Below are positions 22,213 to 34,204 of a stretch of DNA of 44,170 nt, piece by piece. This DNA is from Nemertoderma westbladi (taxonomy: Eukaryota > Animalia > Xenacoelomorpha), in NCBI GenBank assembly GCA_032718475.1, contig JAUCBJ010001909.1, positions 1 through 44,170 of the forward strand. The letters are read 5' to 3'. The notes beneath the pieces are model-generated. The model searched no databases. It was not told the origin of the DNA and saw only the letters and a program-made list of their open reading frames with translations. Numbering within the stretch: position 1 is the stretch's first letter; each line of letters starts with the position of its first letter. Position numbers and translations under genes: made by a program.

Positions 22213-23961
22213 TGTATTGATTTTGTGTCGGTACTTAATTTGCTATTAACAATAATTGCTTAATAATAGTAGAATTTTTAGTAAATGGAAATATTTGCCA
22301 TGATTTATATTATCTTACTTATGAATAGGAAGAGAAGTATATTTTTAAGAAACACCGAAGGATAATTTTATTTTTATCGGTATTAAGCCGTTCCTTTACT
22401 TTCGTGGCTCGCCCCACCATGTTATCTCAGATTTAATAAAATATTCAGTGCAATTTCTATATTGACCGCTGGAAGGCGTTGCCTTTGCTCTATTGATGGG
22501 ACCTAAACTCGCACTGATTCATGTCTTTAGAGGAGAAATACTAATATGTTAGGACAGGACCGGCAGATAACAATGTTATGATCAAATTTATTGTTTGGCC
22601 CTTCATTGTTGGATGTTTGCCACCTTTGCTTCACTAACATATGAATGCATAGGTTGCTAAGGGATACATACTAGTTAAGCTTAAATGTGATTCGATATAA
22701 CGTGATTAGGTGTCAACGTTGCGGTATAAAAGGGCCCACCCCCTCTTTTGCAATAAATTAGTAAATTAGTAAATTAGTAAATTAGTAAATTAGTAAATTA
22801 GTAAATTAAAGTATTCACAAATAGAATTTACAATCTTATATTACCTGTATTTCGTTCGTGTTTGGAAGTAATTATTATGTGAATTTAAGTATCAGATTAT
22901 ACTATCTTGAGTTCTAACTTCAATTAGATCTTATTTTCAACAATGTTATCGGTTAAAACATTTACAACATGATGAGCTAAGCGTCATTTACGTGGGCCGG
23001 AAGGTTGGGAAACATGGATACAAGCGGCTGAACAACCATAGTCGCACGGATACTAATAGTCAAGGGAAGTCAGGTTAGAGTATCATTACGAGTAAATGGG
23101 AGAAACATTTGTCAGGTGTAGGTCATCAACTTTAGCTGTCTTACATTTCACCAGCCTTACAAAATTTAGGATACCCGTATGAAAATTGAACAATCCGCAC
23201 AGCGAAGCAAAAACACGCACAACGCAACAGCAGAAAATAAGCCAATAGTTATTTATAGGTAAATAATTCTATACCTCAGTTTAGCGTAGCCTTGGCAAGA
23301 TATTATAGGAGCTCAATTCGTGGTAGCTATGCGTGAGCCGACATTTGATTGGTTGTTGGGTTCCAGGCAGCATCAGTTGAGTTCCTTTGTTACTGTGCAG
23401 GGTGGTGTAGAATTAATTTGTTTACTTATACATAATTTTGTGTTCTGGAATGTCATATTCTGGAATGTTGGAATATATTCTGCTGTGCATGACTGACAGA
23501 CTGTTAGGGATTATTCTATATTAGGTGGAAATTAGTTATTTGCCACTATACAATTAACTTGCGCTATGGACAATTTAGGCACTGTATCCTAGCTGACAAG
23601 GACAATTAGACAATTCTTGCCGAGATATTTGCAATTTTTAGAATTACGGTAAGTCTTATGTAAATTTAGAAAAACAGTTTGGCGTGAATTTGTTATCCAT
23701 TTATTGTTACTGTTACATATTCAGCAATTGCTGTTCATATGGGAAATGTTTTTATAAAAACCTGAAATATTTATTGAACTCGAAATTATCAATAGATTAT
23801 CCTAGAAAATACACAGTCTGGGGAGGCTGTTTAGTAGATCAGATAAGGACCCGCTATAGCGGTAAATTATATTCTTGTGGAGATCTCGACCCGGGAATCG
23901 TTGATTAGTGTTTCACATATAGATCTGCCTGGTCGGGGATTCTTATGCAGATAGTTTTACA
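22213..23961 (+). repeat. 3' LTR (1749 bp)
   Basis: Copy of the 5' LTR. Differences noticed by eye: one extra TTAGTAAA unit and C10862 vs T23554. Confidence 0.96.
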
Positions 23962-24026
23962 CCATGTAATAATTATAATTTATTATAATATTGATTTAGG
24001 TATTATAGTTCTCAATCTCTTTTTAC

Positions 24027-24155
24027 CTTAAAGTGCCACTTATGGCAGACGTGTCGGAAGTTTTCGTAGTCTAGATGGTCGGCTTTATTGGCTGATGTTG
24101 TGTTGCTGCTGGTTGTGCGGAGAACTGTGACGAAACCAGGGAAAGTGAAGCATTC
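24027..24155 (-). CDS. THOC2: THOC2 coding exon 9 (129 nt, not in the ORF track)
   Basis: Manual translation ECFTFPGFVTVLRTTSSNTTSANKADHLDYENFRHVCHKWHFK resembles the THOC2 ECGNYPGF...LDYENFRHVVHKWH block; cccAG acceptor and GTAAAA donor, phase 0/0. Confidence 0.93.
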
Positions 24156-24270
24156 CTGGGGGTAAAATAAATTGTATTAATGGGGGTAAAATAAAGTGAG
24201 TTTCAGAAATAAAAAATAAACAAGTGTTTTTTATTGGCGTCTGTAAAGTATCCGTTTATAATAATGCTAA

Positions 24271-26957
24271 TGGGTTAGATAGACAAGAGAGGAGCCTTAA
24301 TGTCGGTCGCCTTTTGGGTTAGATAGACAAGAGAGGGGCCTTAATGTCGGTCGCCTTTTGGGTTAGATAGACAAGAGAGGAGCCTTAATGTCGGTCGCCT
24401 TTTGGGTTAGATAGACAAGAGAGGGGCCTTAATGTCGGTCGCCTTTTGGGTTAGATAGACAAGAGAGGAGCCTTAATGTCGGTAGCCTTTTGGGTTAGAT
24501 AGACAAGAGAGGAGCCTTAATGTCGGTCGCCTTTTGAGTTAGATAGACAAGAGAGGAGCCTTAATGTCGGTCGCCTTTTGGGTTAGATAGACAAGAGAGG
24601 AGCCTTAATGTCGGTCGCCTTTTGGGTTAGATAGACAAGAGAGGAGCCTTAATGTCGGTCGCCTTTTGGGTTAGATAGACAAGAGAGGAGCCTTAATGTC
24701 GGTCGCCTTTTGGGTTAGATAGACAAGAGAGGAGCCTTAATGTCGGTCGCCTTTTGGGTTAGATAGACAAGAGAGGAGCCTTAATGTCGGTCGCCTTTTG
24801 GGTTAGATAGACAAGAGAGGAGCCTTAATGTCGGTCGCCTTTTGGGTTAGATAGACAAGAGAGGAGCCTTAATGTCGGTCGCCTTTTGGGTTAGATAGAC
24901 AAGAGAGGAGCCTTAATGTCGGTCGCCTTTTGGGTTAGATAGACAAGAGAGGAGCCTTAATGTCGGTCGCCTTTTGGGTTAGATAGACAAGAGAGGAGCC
25001 TTAATGTCGGTCGCCTTTTGGGTTAGATAGACAAGAGAGGAGCCGTAATGTCGGTCGCCTTTTGGGTTAGATAGACAAGAGAGGAGCCTTAATTTCGCCT
25101 TTTGGGTTAGATAGACAAGAGAGGAGTCTTAATGTCGGTCGCCTTTTGGGTTAGATAGACAAGAGAGGAGCCTTAATGTCGGTCGCCTTTTGGGTTAGAT
25201 AGACAAGAGAGGAGCCTTAATGTCGGTCGCCTTTTGGGTTAGATAGACAAGAGAGGAGCCTTAATGTCGGTCGCCTTTTGGGTTAGATAGACAAGAGAGG
25301 AGCCGTAATGTCGGTCGCTTTTTGGGTTAGATAGACAAGAGAGGAGCCTTAATGTCGGTCGCCTTTTGGGTTAGATAGACAAGAAAGGAGCCTTAATGTC
25401 GGTCGCCTTTTGGGTTAGATAGACAAGAGAGGAGCCTTAATGTCGGTCGCCTTTTGGGTTAGATAGACAAGAAAGGAGCCTTAATGTCGGTCGCCTTTTG
25501 GGTTAGATAGACAAGAGAGGAGCCTTAATGTCGGTCGCATTTTGGGTTAGATAGACAAGAGAGGAGCCTTAATGTCGGTCGCCTTTTTGGTTAGATAGAC
25601 AAGAGAGGAGCCTTAATGTCGGTCGCCTTTTAATGTCGGTCGCCTTTTGGGTTAGATAGACAAGAGAGGAGCCGTAATGTCGGTCGCTTTTTGGGTTAGA
25701 TAGACAAGAGAGGAGCCTTAATGTCGGTCGCCTTTTGGGTTAGATAGACAAGAAAGGAGCCTTAATGTCGGTCGCCTTTTGGGTTAGATAGACAAGAGAG
25801 GAGCCTTAATGTCGGTCGCCTTTTGGGTTAGATAGACAAGAAAGGAGCCTTAATGTCGGTCGCCTTTTGGGTTAGATAGACAAGAGAGGAGCCTTAATGT
25901 CGGTCGCATTTTGGGTTAGATAGACAAGAGAGGAGCCTTAATGTCGGTCGCCTTTTTGGTTAGATAGACAAGAGAGGAGCCTTAATGTCGGTCGCCTTTT
26001 GGGTTAGATAGACAAGAGAGGAGCCTTAATGTCGGTCGCCTTTTGGGTTAGATAGACAAGAGAGGAGCCTTAATGTCGGTCGCCTTTTGGGTTAGATAGA
26101 CAAGAGAGGAGCCTTAATGTCGGTCGCCTTTTGGGTTAGATAGACAAGAGAGGAGCCGTAATGTCGGTCGCCTTTTGGGTTAGATAGACAAGAGAGGAGC
26201 CTTAATGTCGGTCGCCTTTTGGGTTAGATAGACAAGAAAGGAGCCTTAATGTCGGTCGCCTTTTGGGTTAGATAGACAAGAGAGGAGCCTTAATGTCGGT
26301 CGCCTTTTGGGTTAGATAGACAAGAGAGGAGCCGTAATGTCGGTCGCCTTTTGGGTTAGATAGACAAGAGAGGAGCCTTAATGTCGGTCGCCTTTTGGGT
26401 TAGATAGACAAGAGAGGAGCCTTAATGTCGGTCGCATTTTGGGTTAGATAGACAAGAGAGGAGCCTTAATGTCGGTCGCCTTTTGGGTTAGATAGACAAG
26501 AGAGGAGCCGTAATGTCGGTCGCCTTTTGGGTTAGATAGACAAGAGAGGAGCCTTAATGTCGGTCGCCTTTTGGGTTAGATAGACAAGAGAGGAGCCTTA
26601 ATGTCGGTCGCCTTTTGGGTTAGATAGACAAGAGAGGAGCCTTAATGTCGGTCGCCTTTTGGGTTTGATAGACAAGAGAGGAGCCGTAATGTCGGTCGCC
26701 TTTTGGGTTAGATAGACAAGAGAGGAGCCTTAATGTCGGTAGCCTTTTGGGTTAGATAGACAAGAGAGGAGCCTTAATGTCGGTCGCATTTTGGGTTAGA
26801 TAGACAAGAGAGGAGCCGTAATGTCGGTCGCCTTTTGGGTTAGATAGACAAGAGAGGAGCCTTAATGTCGGTCGCCTTTTTGGTTAGATAGACAAGAGAG
26901 GGGTCTTAATGTCGCCTTTTTGGTTAGATTGACAAGAGAGGAGTCTTAATGTCGCCT
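24271..26957. repeat. 44-bp minisatellite TGGGTTAGATAGACAAGAGAGGAGCCTTAATGTCGGTCGCCTTT, about 61 copies, in THOC2 intron 8
   Basis: Head-to-tail units with scattered single-base variants and no unique spacers. Confidence 0.97.
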
Positions 26958-27338
26958 CCGATGTAATTTTTTCGCGTATAACATTATAATTAACAATCAC
27001 GCATTTATAGTTAATTAAAAAGTAAAAAGTGATCGGTGAATGTGAGACACGAAAAGGCAGCAACCGAAGGCTCTTCTCTCTTGGCAGTTACCAATAAGAC
27101 AAGACGGGCGGAACGCCACACTAATTCACAAGGTTCCATAACTAACCAACCCTTGCTTTGTTACCATTGTAAGCACTAATATCTAAAAGGTCTGGCTTTG
27201 GGACACAACAGTGAGACATTTCGACAGCAACTTTAGTCAGATTTGAACTTGGGCAGCCAAACACTATTGTTTGGAAGCAGTTGAGGCTTCGTATCCACTG
27301 GGACTCTACATTATCCTATAAAACTCTAGTTTATTAAC

Positions 27339-27678
27339 CTTCTCATAGACCGCTCGGTCGCCATGCCAACGCATCACGCGTGCTAGCATCGAGGCCAGGA
27401 ACCGGCCGTAACGGGAGGCTTCGTTCTCCGTACACGAGGCAACCGTGTAGGTGACCTCGGAGAAAACCCGGTCGTAGCAGAGGAGCGTCGAGAAGTTGGG
27501 CGTCTTGAGGTTGTGGATGATGTCGATGAACTCGGAGCAGTAGAGGGCGTCGAGGGCGGTGAAGGTGCAGCGAGGGAACAAGCAGAGCTGGAGGAACTGG
27601 GTGATCGCTTCGTTCTTAGTGGATTTGGATTGGAACCAGTTATCCCGTTGGTGTTTCAGACACGCCATCACCATCAAC
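27339..27678 (-). CDS. THOC2: THOC2 coding exon 8
   Basis: [22 protein letters not shown]...[14 protein letters not shown]...[15 protein letters not shown] (Tho2 domain); tttcAG acceptor at 27679-27680, donor after YEK. Confidence 0.95.
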
Positions 27679-28453
27679 CTGAAAACAATGCTATTTATCC
27701 GAGAAGGGATTTACGCGAGAAGGCGATTCTAATAGAGTTGAAACAGAGACCTGATTTTCTTAATCGCGGTGAACCAGAGACCTACCCGGAGAATTATTTT
27801 GGAAAATACCGGAGACCAGAGCCAGAGACTTTGATTATTTTTGTACTTATAATTTGGTTTTGGCGCAAACAGACCGTACATATGAACTGAGATCTATTTA
27901 TGGTTGAATTACAGTAAATAAAAGTAATAAAAATAAGGTACTAAGTGTGTTTTGTTCACAACCCCCCTCGAATTTTTTATACTGGCTAGTTTTTGTTACT
28001 TTTTTTAAAAAATGTTCTAGAACATTTAATCTATTCATTTAATATAAAGATTTTGTTCTACAACAAATATTTTTTTTCTAGAACAAATATTTTTTGTTCT
28101 GTACTTGTATACTTAAAACTTGGTCTACATACTTGGTCATTTACGAATATAGTTAGTTCACAGGTGCAGTACTCTATTCGACCCTATTGCAAGTCTCGTT
28201 ACGCTCGTTCTCTTTCATTTGGTCGCCGGAATATGTAGCCTACAACAAGGTCAAAAGAGCTCTACATGTAAACTTTATGGTTTATGGCTCAAATTAAGCA
28301 CCCTTATCCTTAAATAAGATAAGAACCCTCTTTAGGTGGAAAATTTACTTAAAATGAAACGCACCTTAAATGAAACCAAACTGTTCGCCTAGAGTTTGCG
28401 TTTGGGTTAATTCCCAACAAAGTTTCGTCTTAGTGATAGTAAGTAGGACTCAC

Positions 28454-28800
28454 CTATGATCTTGTTGCTTTTTCTCCTCGGCTGTCAGTTTATCGATTAA
28501 AGCTACGCATCTCTCTTTCTCTTTCTTCTTCTTACTGGAGCTGAAGTCCACAGCGTTTTCAGCCTCTTTTATTGCCGTCTGGAGTTTGAGTACCTCCTTC
28601 GCGTACGCCTCTACCGGTACACTTAGATCGTACATGGACAGACTCCAGAAGGTGGCGTAGAACAGCGGGCTGATGTCGTCCCAGATCCGGAGTTGGTGCA
28701 GGTTGGTGGCCACGTCCACTACCGGCAGCATCACGGACTCGTACGCGCGGATGTACAGCTGTTGGGTGGTCGGGATCTGAGACAGAGACTCGGTCTGGGC
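28454..28800 (-). CDS. THOC2: THOC2 coding exon 7
   Basis: WDDISPLFYATFWSLSMYDL...KKKKEKERC; ctccAG acceptor at 28801-28802, GTGAGT donor in phase 2 matching exon 8. Confidence 0.92.
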
Positions 28801-30188
28801 CTGGAGGAGGGCATGTATCAATGGGGTGTGTCAACAGCATAAAACTAATATTTTTTCGACTAGTTATAAAGCTATTATTATATAAAAATAAATCTTAGTG
28901 TTCTTAAATGCAACTTTCAAAATAAACTTTCCTACTACTACGGTATTTGCGAAAAATATCGAGACTTTGAAAACATCGCACGTGTAAAAATATCGAGTGT
29001 TTATTGTTATATCAAGAATTTGTATTTTTGAGTTTTGAGATTTTTGTTGCTGCGCGATTAATGTAGTCGCAGTGCTACTAACAATAATCCTATCGGCTGA
29101 CCTGGACAATAAACTATTACCGCCAGGGTTTATGCGGTGGCTTTAATATACAGTCAGTATGGCACCAAATCGATGGGGAGTTTGAGAAATTGAAAAAGAT
29201 GCGGAAAAAGATTGAAAAAAAAAGGTTTCGTACTGGCGAATAACGCATTCCTATTCTCAAAATTGCTAACAATCAATCTCTCCCTCAGAGAGAATTCCTG
29301 CAATAACCTGCTCCCTCTAGTACAGAGAAGAGACAGAGTCTACAAGGGTCCCGTCAGTCTACGTAATGTAGACGGCTTTAGAAGGAAGGAGATAGTCGAA
29401 AGATTGCAGTTTTTACTTGGAAGGAAATTTATTCAGAGATCCTCAGGTCGTTATTATTTATATAATTTATAATATTATATTCAAATTTAGACCGTAAACG
29501 ATATATATACTAATTACTAATACATATTATTACTAATATTTTTTTAGATTTCCCCTTAAACGTGTTTTGTAGCGCTTATTTCTCTATCATAACTTATACT
29601 AATTCGTTTATTGTTTTGGTTAGATTCAGCCTTCCTGTAACCTGGGCTTTTAGTGAAAACCTGGTAAATTTTTCACCAACTTGGGGTAAACTGCAAAGTG
29701 AAATATAACAGCAGAACATCTGGTACACTTCACATTCTGCCGTCCCAAGTCAAAACAATCCCGGTTGTCGCATAAACATTCTACTTCCAGCTCGTAGAAA
29801 ATAATTGGCTATATTACAATATAGACGATCTATAAAAATAGTTGTTAATTCAGATTGGTTGTCGATACCAGCTGTTGCGACGCCAGCTATAAAATTCCAA
29901 GAAAGATAGAAGATAGGAGGTACCAGGAGTAACCAATTTAATAAGAAAATCGTATTTTATAGATTCATTTGTGTAAGTGGTGTAGCATGTGGATGATTTC
30001 TGTTTGAGCTTTAGTTTATTGTTATGGTTACAAAACATGCCACTGAAAGCTGCTCCTTTCCATTAATTGATCAGTTAATATTGAGTGAGATCAGATATTA
30101 TCAGATTTACGTCTAGTTCCCCTTCTCTGTCCCATAATAACCAAATATAACAGATTCAACTAAATAATTAACTCACAATAATACGGAC

Positions 30189-30941
30189 TTTTTCCTCGCG
30201 GCACAGATGCTGAAACTGCTGCTGCACTAGATGGGAGTACATGGGTCGGCAAAGATGGAAGGCGGCGTCGGGGGAGATGAAACAATGGGAGCAAAGCTGG
30301 TCCAGGGGTGGGAGACGCTGGGTGTAATCGTCGATACCGAGTTGGTTGGACAGGAAGTCCCCGAACTGAACCAGAGTGTCCTGACACATATCGTACAGAC
30401 GACCCACAAGTTTAAGATGTCTATCGGCGTCTCTGTAGACTACGTGGTCCCGTTGCTGGGCCAACAGGAGCATCAAAGGCACTGCTAAGTTATTCTCTAC
30501 TAAAGAGTCTTTGAGGCGAGTTGAAGATTTCTTTGTGTTGCGTATTTGTCCGAAGTATCCCCCCTCCGCTCGTAGACACTCCCCCCCGCCGAGCGCGGCC
30601 AGCTGATCCGAGGTCATCTCCTCGGAGATCTCGATGCCGGACATCTTGCAGACCACGTCGCGCACGATGATGAGGTCGCTCGATTTCCCGGTTTTGATCT
30701 GATTGGCCACGTACTGGAGGAGGCCGCCGAGGTCGATGTTGTATTTGCGGAAGGCCGCAGCGCAGAAGGCCGATAGACTCTGCAGCCACTCGGAGATGCT
30801 CATCTGGCCGAACTTTGTGCGCTCCTTGGCGGGATTTGCGAGCTGCTCGAGGATGCAGAAGGAGAGAACGTCGTAGGAGAGGCTGGTGAGGAACTTAAGG
30901 GAGTCGACGACTGGAAGAATAAAGTTGTCGAACTTCTGAAC
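30189..30941 (-). CDS. THOC2: THOC2 coding exon 6 (alternative in-frame donor would extend it to 30177)
   Basis: [26 protein letters not shown]...WLQSLSAFC...[15 protein letters not shown]; tttAG acceptor at 30942-30943. Confidence 0.92.
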
Positions 30942-32152
30942 CTAAAGAATAAAATAAAATTATAAACATCCACAACAACAACAACTTTAAACATAACTAA
31001 ATTTCGTGGTTTGGAAGTCAATTAATTAACCTTATGTTAACCATAGAACTTTATCCTAATTCTAAATTAAACTCTTTATTTTAATAAAGTAAACAAAGTA
31101 GTTTATTTCACTGTTGAACAAAAAGCACTCATCATCCTGTGGCTTTATCAACTGTTCTGAAATATTATAAACTATATTTATTCTCACTGTTAACAAAGAC
31201 AGTTAGACTATTTAATCAACCTTCGTAAATATATTGATATTTTGTGGAAACATAATAAATTAATTTGCACCCATTTTTAAAAGTCATATTGTTCTCTGAG
31301 AAAAGAGCTTTCGAATGAGCCCAAAACGAACTTCTTACGATCACTAGAACTGGAGATTACACATTTTAAAGATCTCCAATGACCGATAAGTCTATTCCGT
31401 GTAATCCCGCAAAGACCACGGAGTCGCTTATTCGAGTCCCGTCTTTATTCCGGAGACTTGAAGTTGTCTTATAAACTGATCAGTAGGTCCAATAATCATA
31501 AAAAAATACCTTATCAATTAAAATTTTGTGCTCTTTCTCGTTGAGACATCCAATTGGCACCACTGAGCACAGAAAATGGCAGAAATTGAAAGCAAACCCC
31601 AAACTTCATCGCCTTTACCGATATCGCGATATATCGGAGCCAGTATCTTCTATCCCAGATATCTCGAAAACTAAGCAAGATATGGGAAAACGGTTTCCAT
31701 ATTTGGATTCAACATGAAATTCTGCATCAGATTGGATATGTTTCAAAAATTCAATTTTTTGGTCAGAAAATGCGTTACCCCCCCCCCCCTAAGTTAAGAT
31801 TTATAAAGTAAAGTATCGCAAAGAAAATCATATTTTATATAGACTTATAAGTTTGCTAACAAAAGCAAAGCTTATTAAATAAATAACCAACACCCCCCCC
31901 CCCCCCCCCCCCCAACCTGTTTAGTGTTCAAAATACATGAACAATCAATAAATGGATAGATCGTTTTTCGTTTGCTTAAGTAAAATGACGTCATCATTAT
32001 ACACAAATAATTGTAAAATATATAGTAAGCTCAAGTTTTTATTTATAATGATAATGAATGCACGAAAAATGTGAAAAACAGTTGAGGCGCCGTATCCGTT
32101 CGGACACTGTAACACCCCGTCACTAGGTTGCAGTCAGTTATTATAGTGTAGT

Positions 32153-32600
32153 TGTAATATGCTTGGCTTGTAATGTGCTTGGCCTGTAATGTGCTTCGCT
32201 TGTAATGTGCTTGGCTTGTAATGTGCTTGGCTTGTAATGTGCTTCGCTTGTAATGTGCTTGGCTTGTAATGTGCTTCGCTTGTAATGTGCTTGGCTTGTA
32301 ATGTGCTTCGCTTGTAATGTGCTTGGCTTGTAATGTGCTTGGCCTGTAATGTGCTTGGCTTGTAATGTGTTTGGCTTGTAATGTGCTTGGCCTGTAATGT
32401 GCTTGGCTTGTAATGTGCTTGGCTTGTAATGTTCTTGGCTTGTAATGTGCTTGGCCTGTAATGTGCTTGGCCTGTAATGTGCTTGGCTTGTAATGTGCTT
32501 GGCTTGTAATGTGCTTGGCTTGTAATGTGCTTGGCCTGTAATGTGCTTGGCTTGTAATGTGCTTGGCTTGTAATGTGCTTGGCTTGTAATGTGCTTGGCT
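32153..32600. repeat. 16-bp minisatellite TGTAATGTGCTTGGCT, 28 copies, in THOC2 intron 5
   Basis: Tandem units with GGCC/CGCT variants. Confidence 0.95.
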
Positions 32601-32767
32601 CATCGTGTTAGTTTGGATTGATATTACTAACTAAATTCTAAATTTCGATTTAATTATTTATTTATAACAAAATAATAAAAAGGTGTAATAAAATTTTTAA
32701 TATATTTGCGTTTTGTTAACTGGATAATAGAATTAATCAAGAATTTATAATTCTACGGTTTTCCTAC

Positions 32768-33154
32768 CTGCGATAGAACGTAGTCGAACACTATAGGAGG
32801 GTTGGAATGGGAGAGTTTCCCTAGAAGTCGTCCGGACTGCTTCACGTTGTCCTTGGTAATCCGTTTCATTATATACTTGGTGCGTTCGGTTACCGCCGCC
32901 CGTTTCTTTACGAGGAATATGTGCGTCGAGTAGGATTGGTTCTTCCATAAACCGTAGAGTCGGTAACGACAGCGGTAGGGGAAGTGCCGGATCAGTTGCC
33001 AGAGTTCCTCGGAGAGGAACGCGTTCCCGTCCAGAAGGGAGAGAGAGGGGAGTAGGACCTCGTCCAGGAGGACCATGATGGAGCGGAACACATTGTCGTC
33101 AATATCGTTGGGCAGATGAAGGGCCTTGACAGCTGACTGACAAACTCGAGTTAC
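32768..33154 (-). CDS. THOC2: THOC2 coding exon 5
   Basis: VLLPSLSLLDGNAFLSEELW...YRLYGLWK...KYIMKRITKDNVKQSGRLLGKLSHSNP; aAG acceptor at 33155-33156, GTAGGA donor. Confidence 0.93.
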
Positions 33155-33563
33155 CTTTATAAATAATTTATAAACCAAAACTTCTAAGAGAAATGAAATT
33201 CACTAACTGCATTCAACGTTATAACTATTTATATTTTTTGTGTGAACAGTCTTTCAGTGTTTGAGCCTGGAGTGTATTTATGTAGCGAGCGAGCGCAGCG
33301 AGGGCCGTTTACATAAACACACGAGGGTCATATACAAGTATTATGTGAATTCCATTATCACTATTTTCTTGATTTAGATTTTATACAGTTATATTACAAC
33401 TTAAATAATATTACAAAAAAATTTAAATAGTTAAAATGTGATCTACATAATATAGACCTTAATCGATAGATAACATGTTCTAGAACATTTAAAAATAGTA
33501 GCAAAAACTAGCTAGTTTAAAAAAATTTATGTTCTTAAATAAAATTTTCTAGAACAAAAAATG

Positions 33564-33715
33564 TGTTCTAGAACATTAATATTATTATTAGTTGATATAG
33601 ATAACAACATGTTCTAGAACATTAATATTATTATTAGTTGATATAGATAACAACATGTTCTAGAACATTAATATTATTATTAGTTGATATAGATAACAAC
33701 ATGTTCTAGAACATT
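33564..33715. repeat. 46-bp tandem repeat (3.3 copies) containing the palindrome ATGTTCTAGAACAT
   Basis: TGTTCTAGAACA starts at 33564, 33610, 33656 and 33702. Confidence 0.85.
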
Positions 33716-33892
33716 TTGCTGACATGTAATATTAATAATTCATATTATAAATGCTTATATATAGGTAGTATAAAAAATCTGGTCTATGGGAGGGTCTGGG
33801 AAGCCAAGGTAGTAACGCCATAATCTATAAAATCACTGATTTAAATCAATACAATGCCACGGAAACGGGAGTTAATGACGTAATGATCTCAC

Positions 33893-34204
33893 CTTAATCA
33901 TGAGTAGGGGGTCGGAGCTGAGATGGGGCCCGAGGTAGAGGAGCAGGGGAACCATTCGGGTCGGAATGTCGGAGAAGTTCCGACAGGGTTGAATGGGGTC
34001 GGCGTTACTGGGAGGAGTCGGATGTTTGGCGCCCCGTGGGACGCACTGCTCCGAGTAGAGGGGCTCGACGAGGGAGTGGGCCAGACGACAGAGCCCGCGC
34101 TGTATGGCGGGCCGCTCGCTGGCCGAGTAGGGCGGCAGCCGGTCCAGGATGCATTGGGCGTGGGCCCAGTCGCCCAGGGCGAGAAGGGCTGCACACAGAA
34201 CAAC
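33893..34204 (-). CDS. THOC2: THOC2 coding exon 4
   Basis: LLALGDWAHAQCILDRLPPY...YLGPHLSSDPLLMIK; tttcAG acceptor, GTGAGA donor. Confidence 0.93.

Larger units (their letters stand above)
9529..23961 (+). mobile_element. Full-length BEL/Pao (Belpaoviridae) LTR retrotransposon, antisense within THOC2 intron 9
   Basis: Two TGT...ACA LTRs, 5-bp TSD CCATG (9524-9528 / 23962-23966), and a single gag-PR-RT-RH-IN ORF with BEL-type motifs. Confidence 0.97.

Noticed and set aside
24271-26957. 44-bp (and 28-bp at 2919-3917) arrays as CRISPR arrays
   Set aside because: Units are head-to-tail with no unique spacers, there are no cas genes, and the context is a eukaryotic intron.
32043-32603. 186-aa repetitive ORF (SQAHYKPSTLQAKHIT)n
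   Set aside because: Translation of a 16-bp minisatellite that lacks stops on one strand; intronic, with no compatible role in THOC2.
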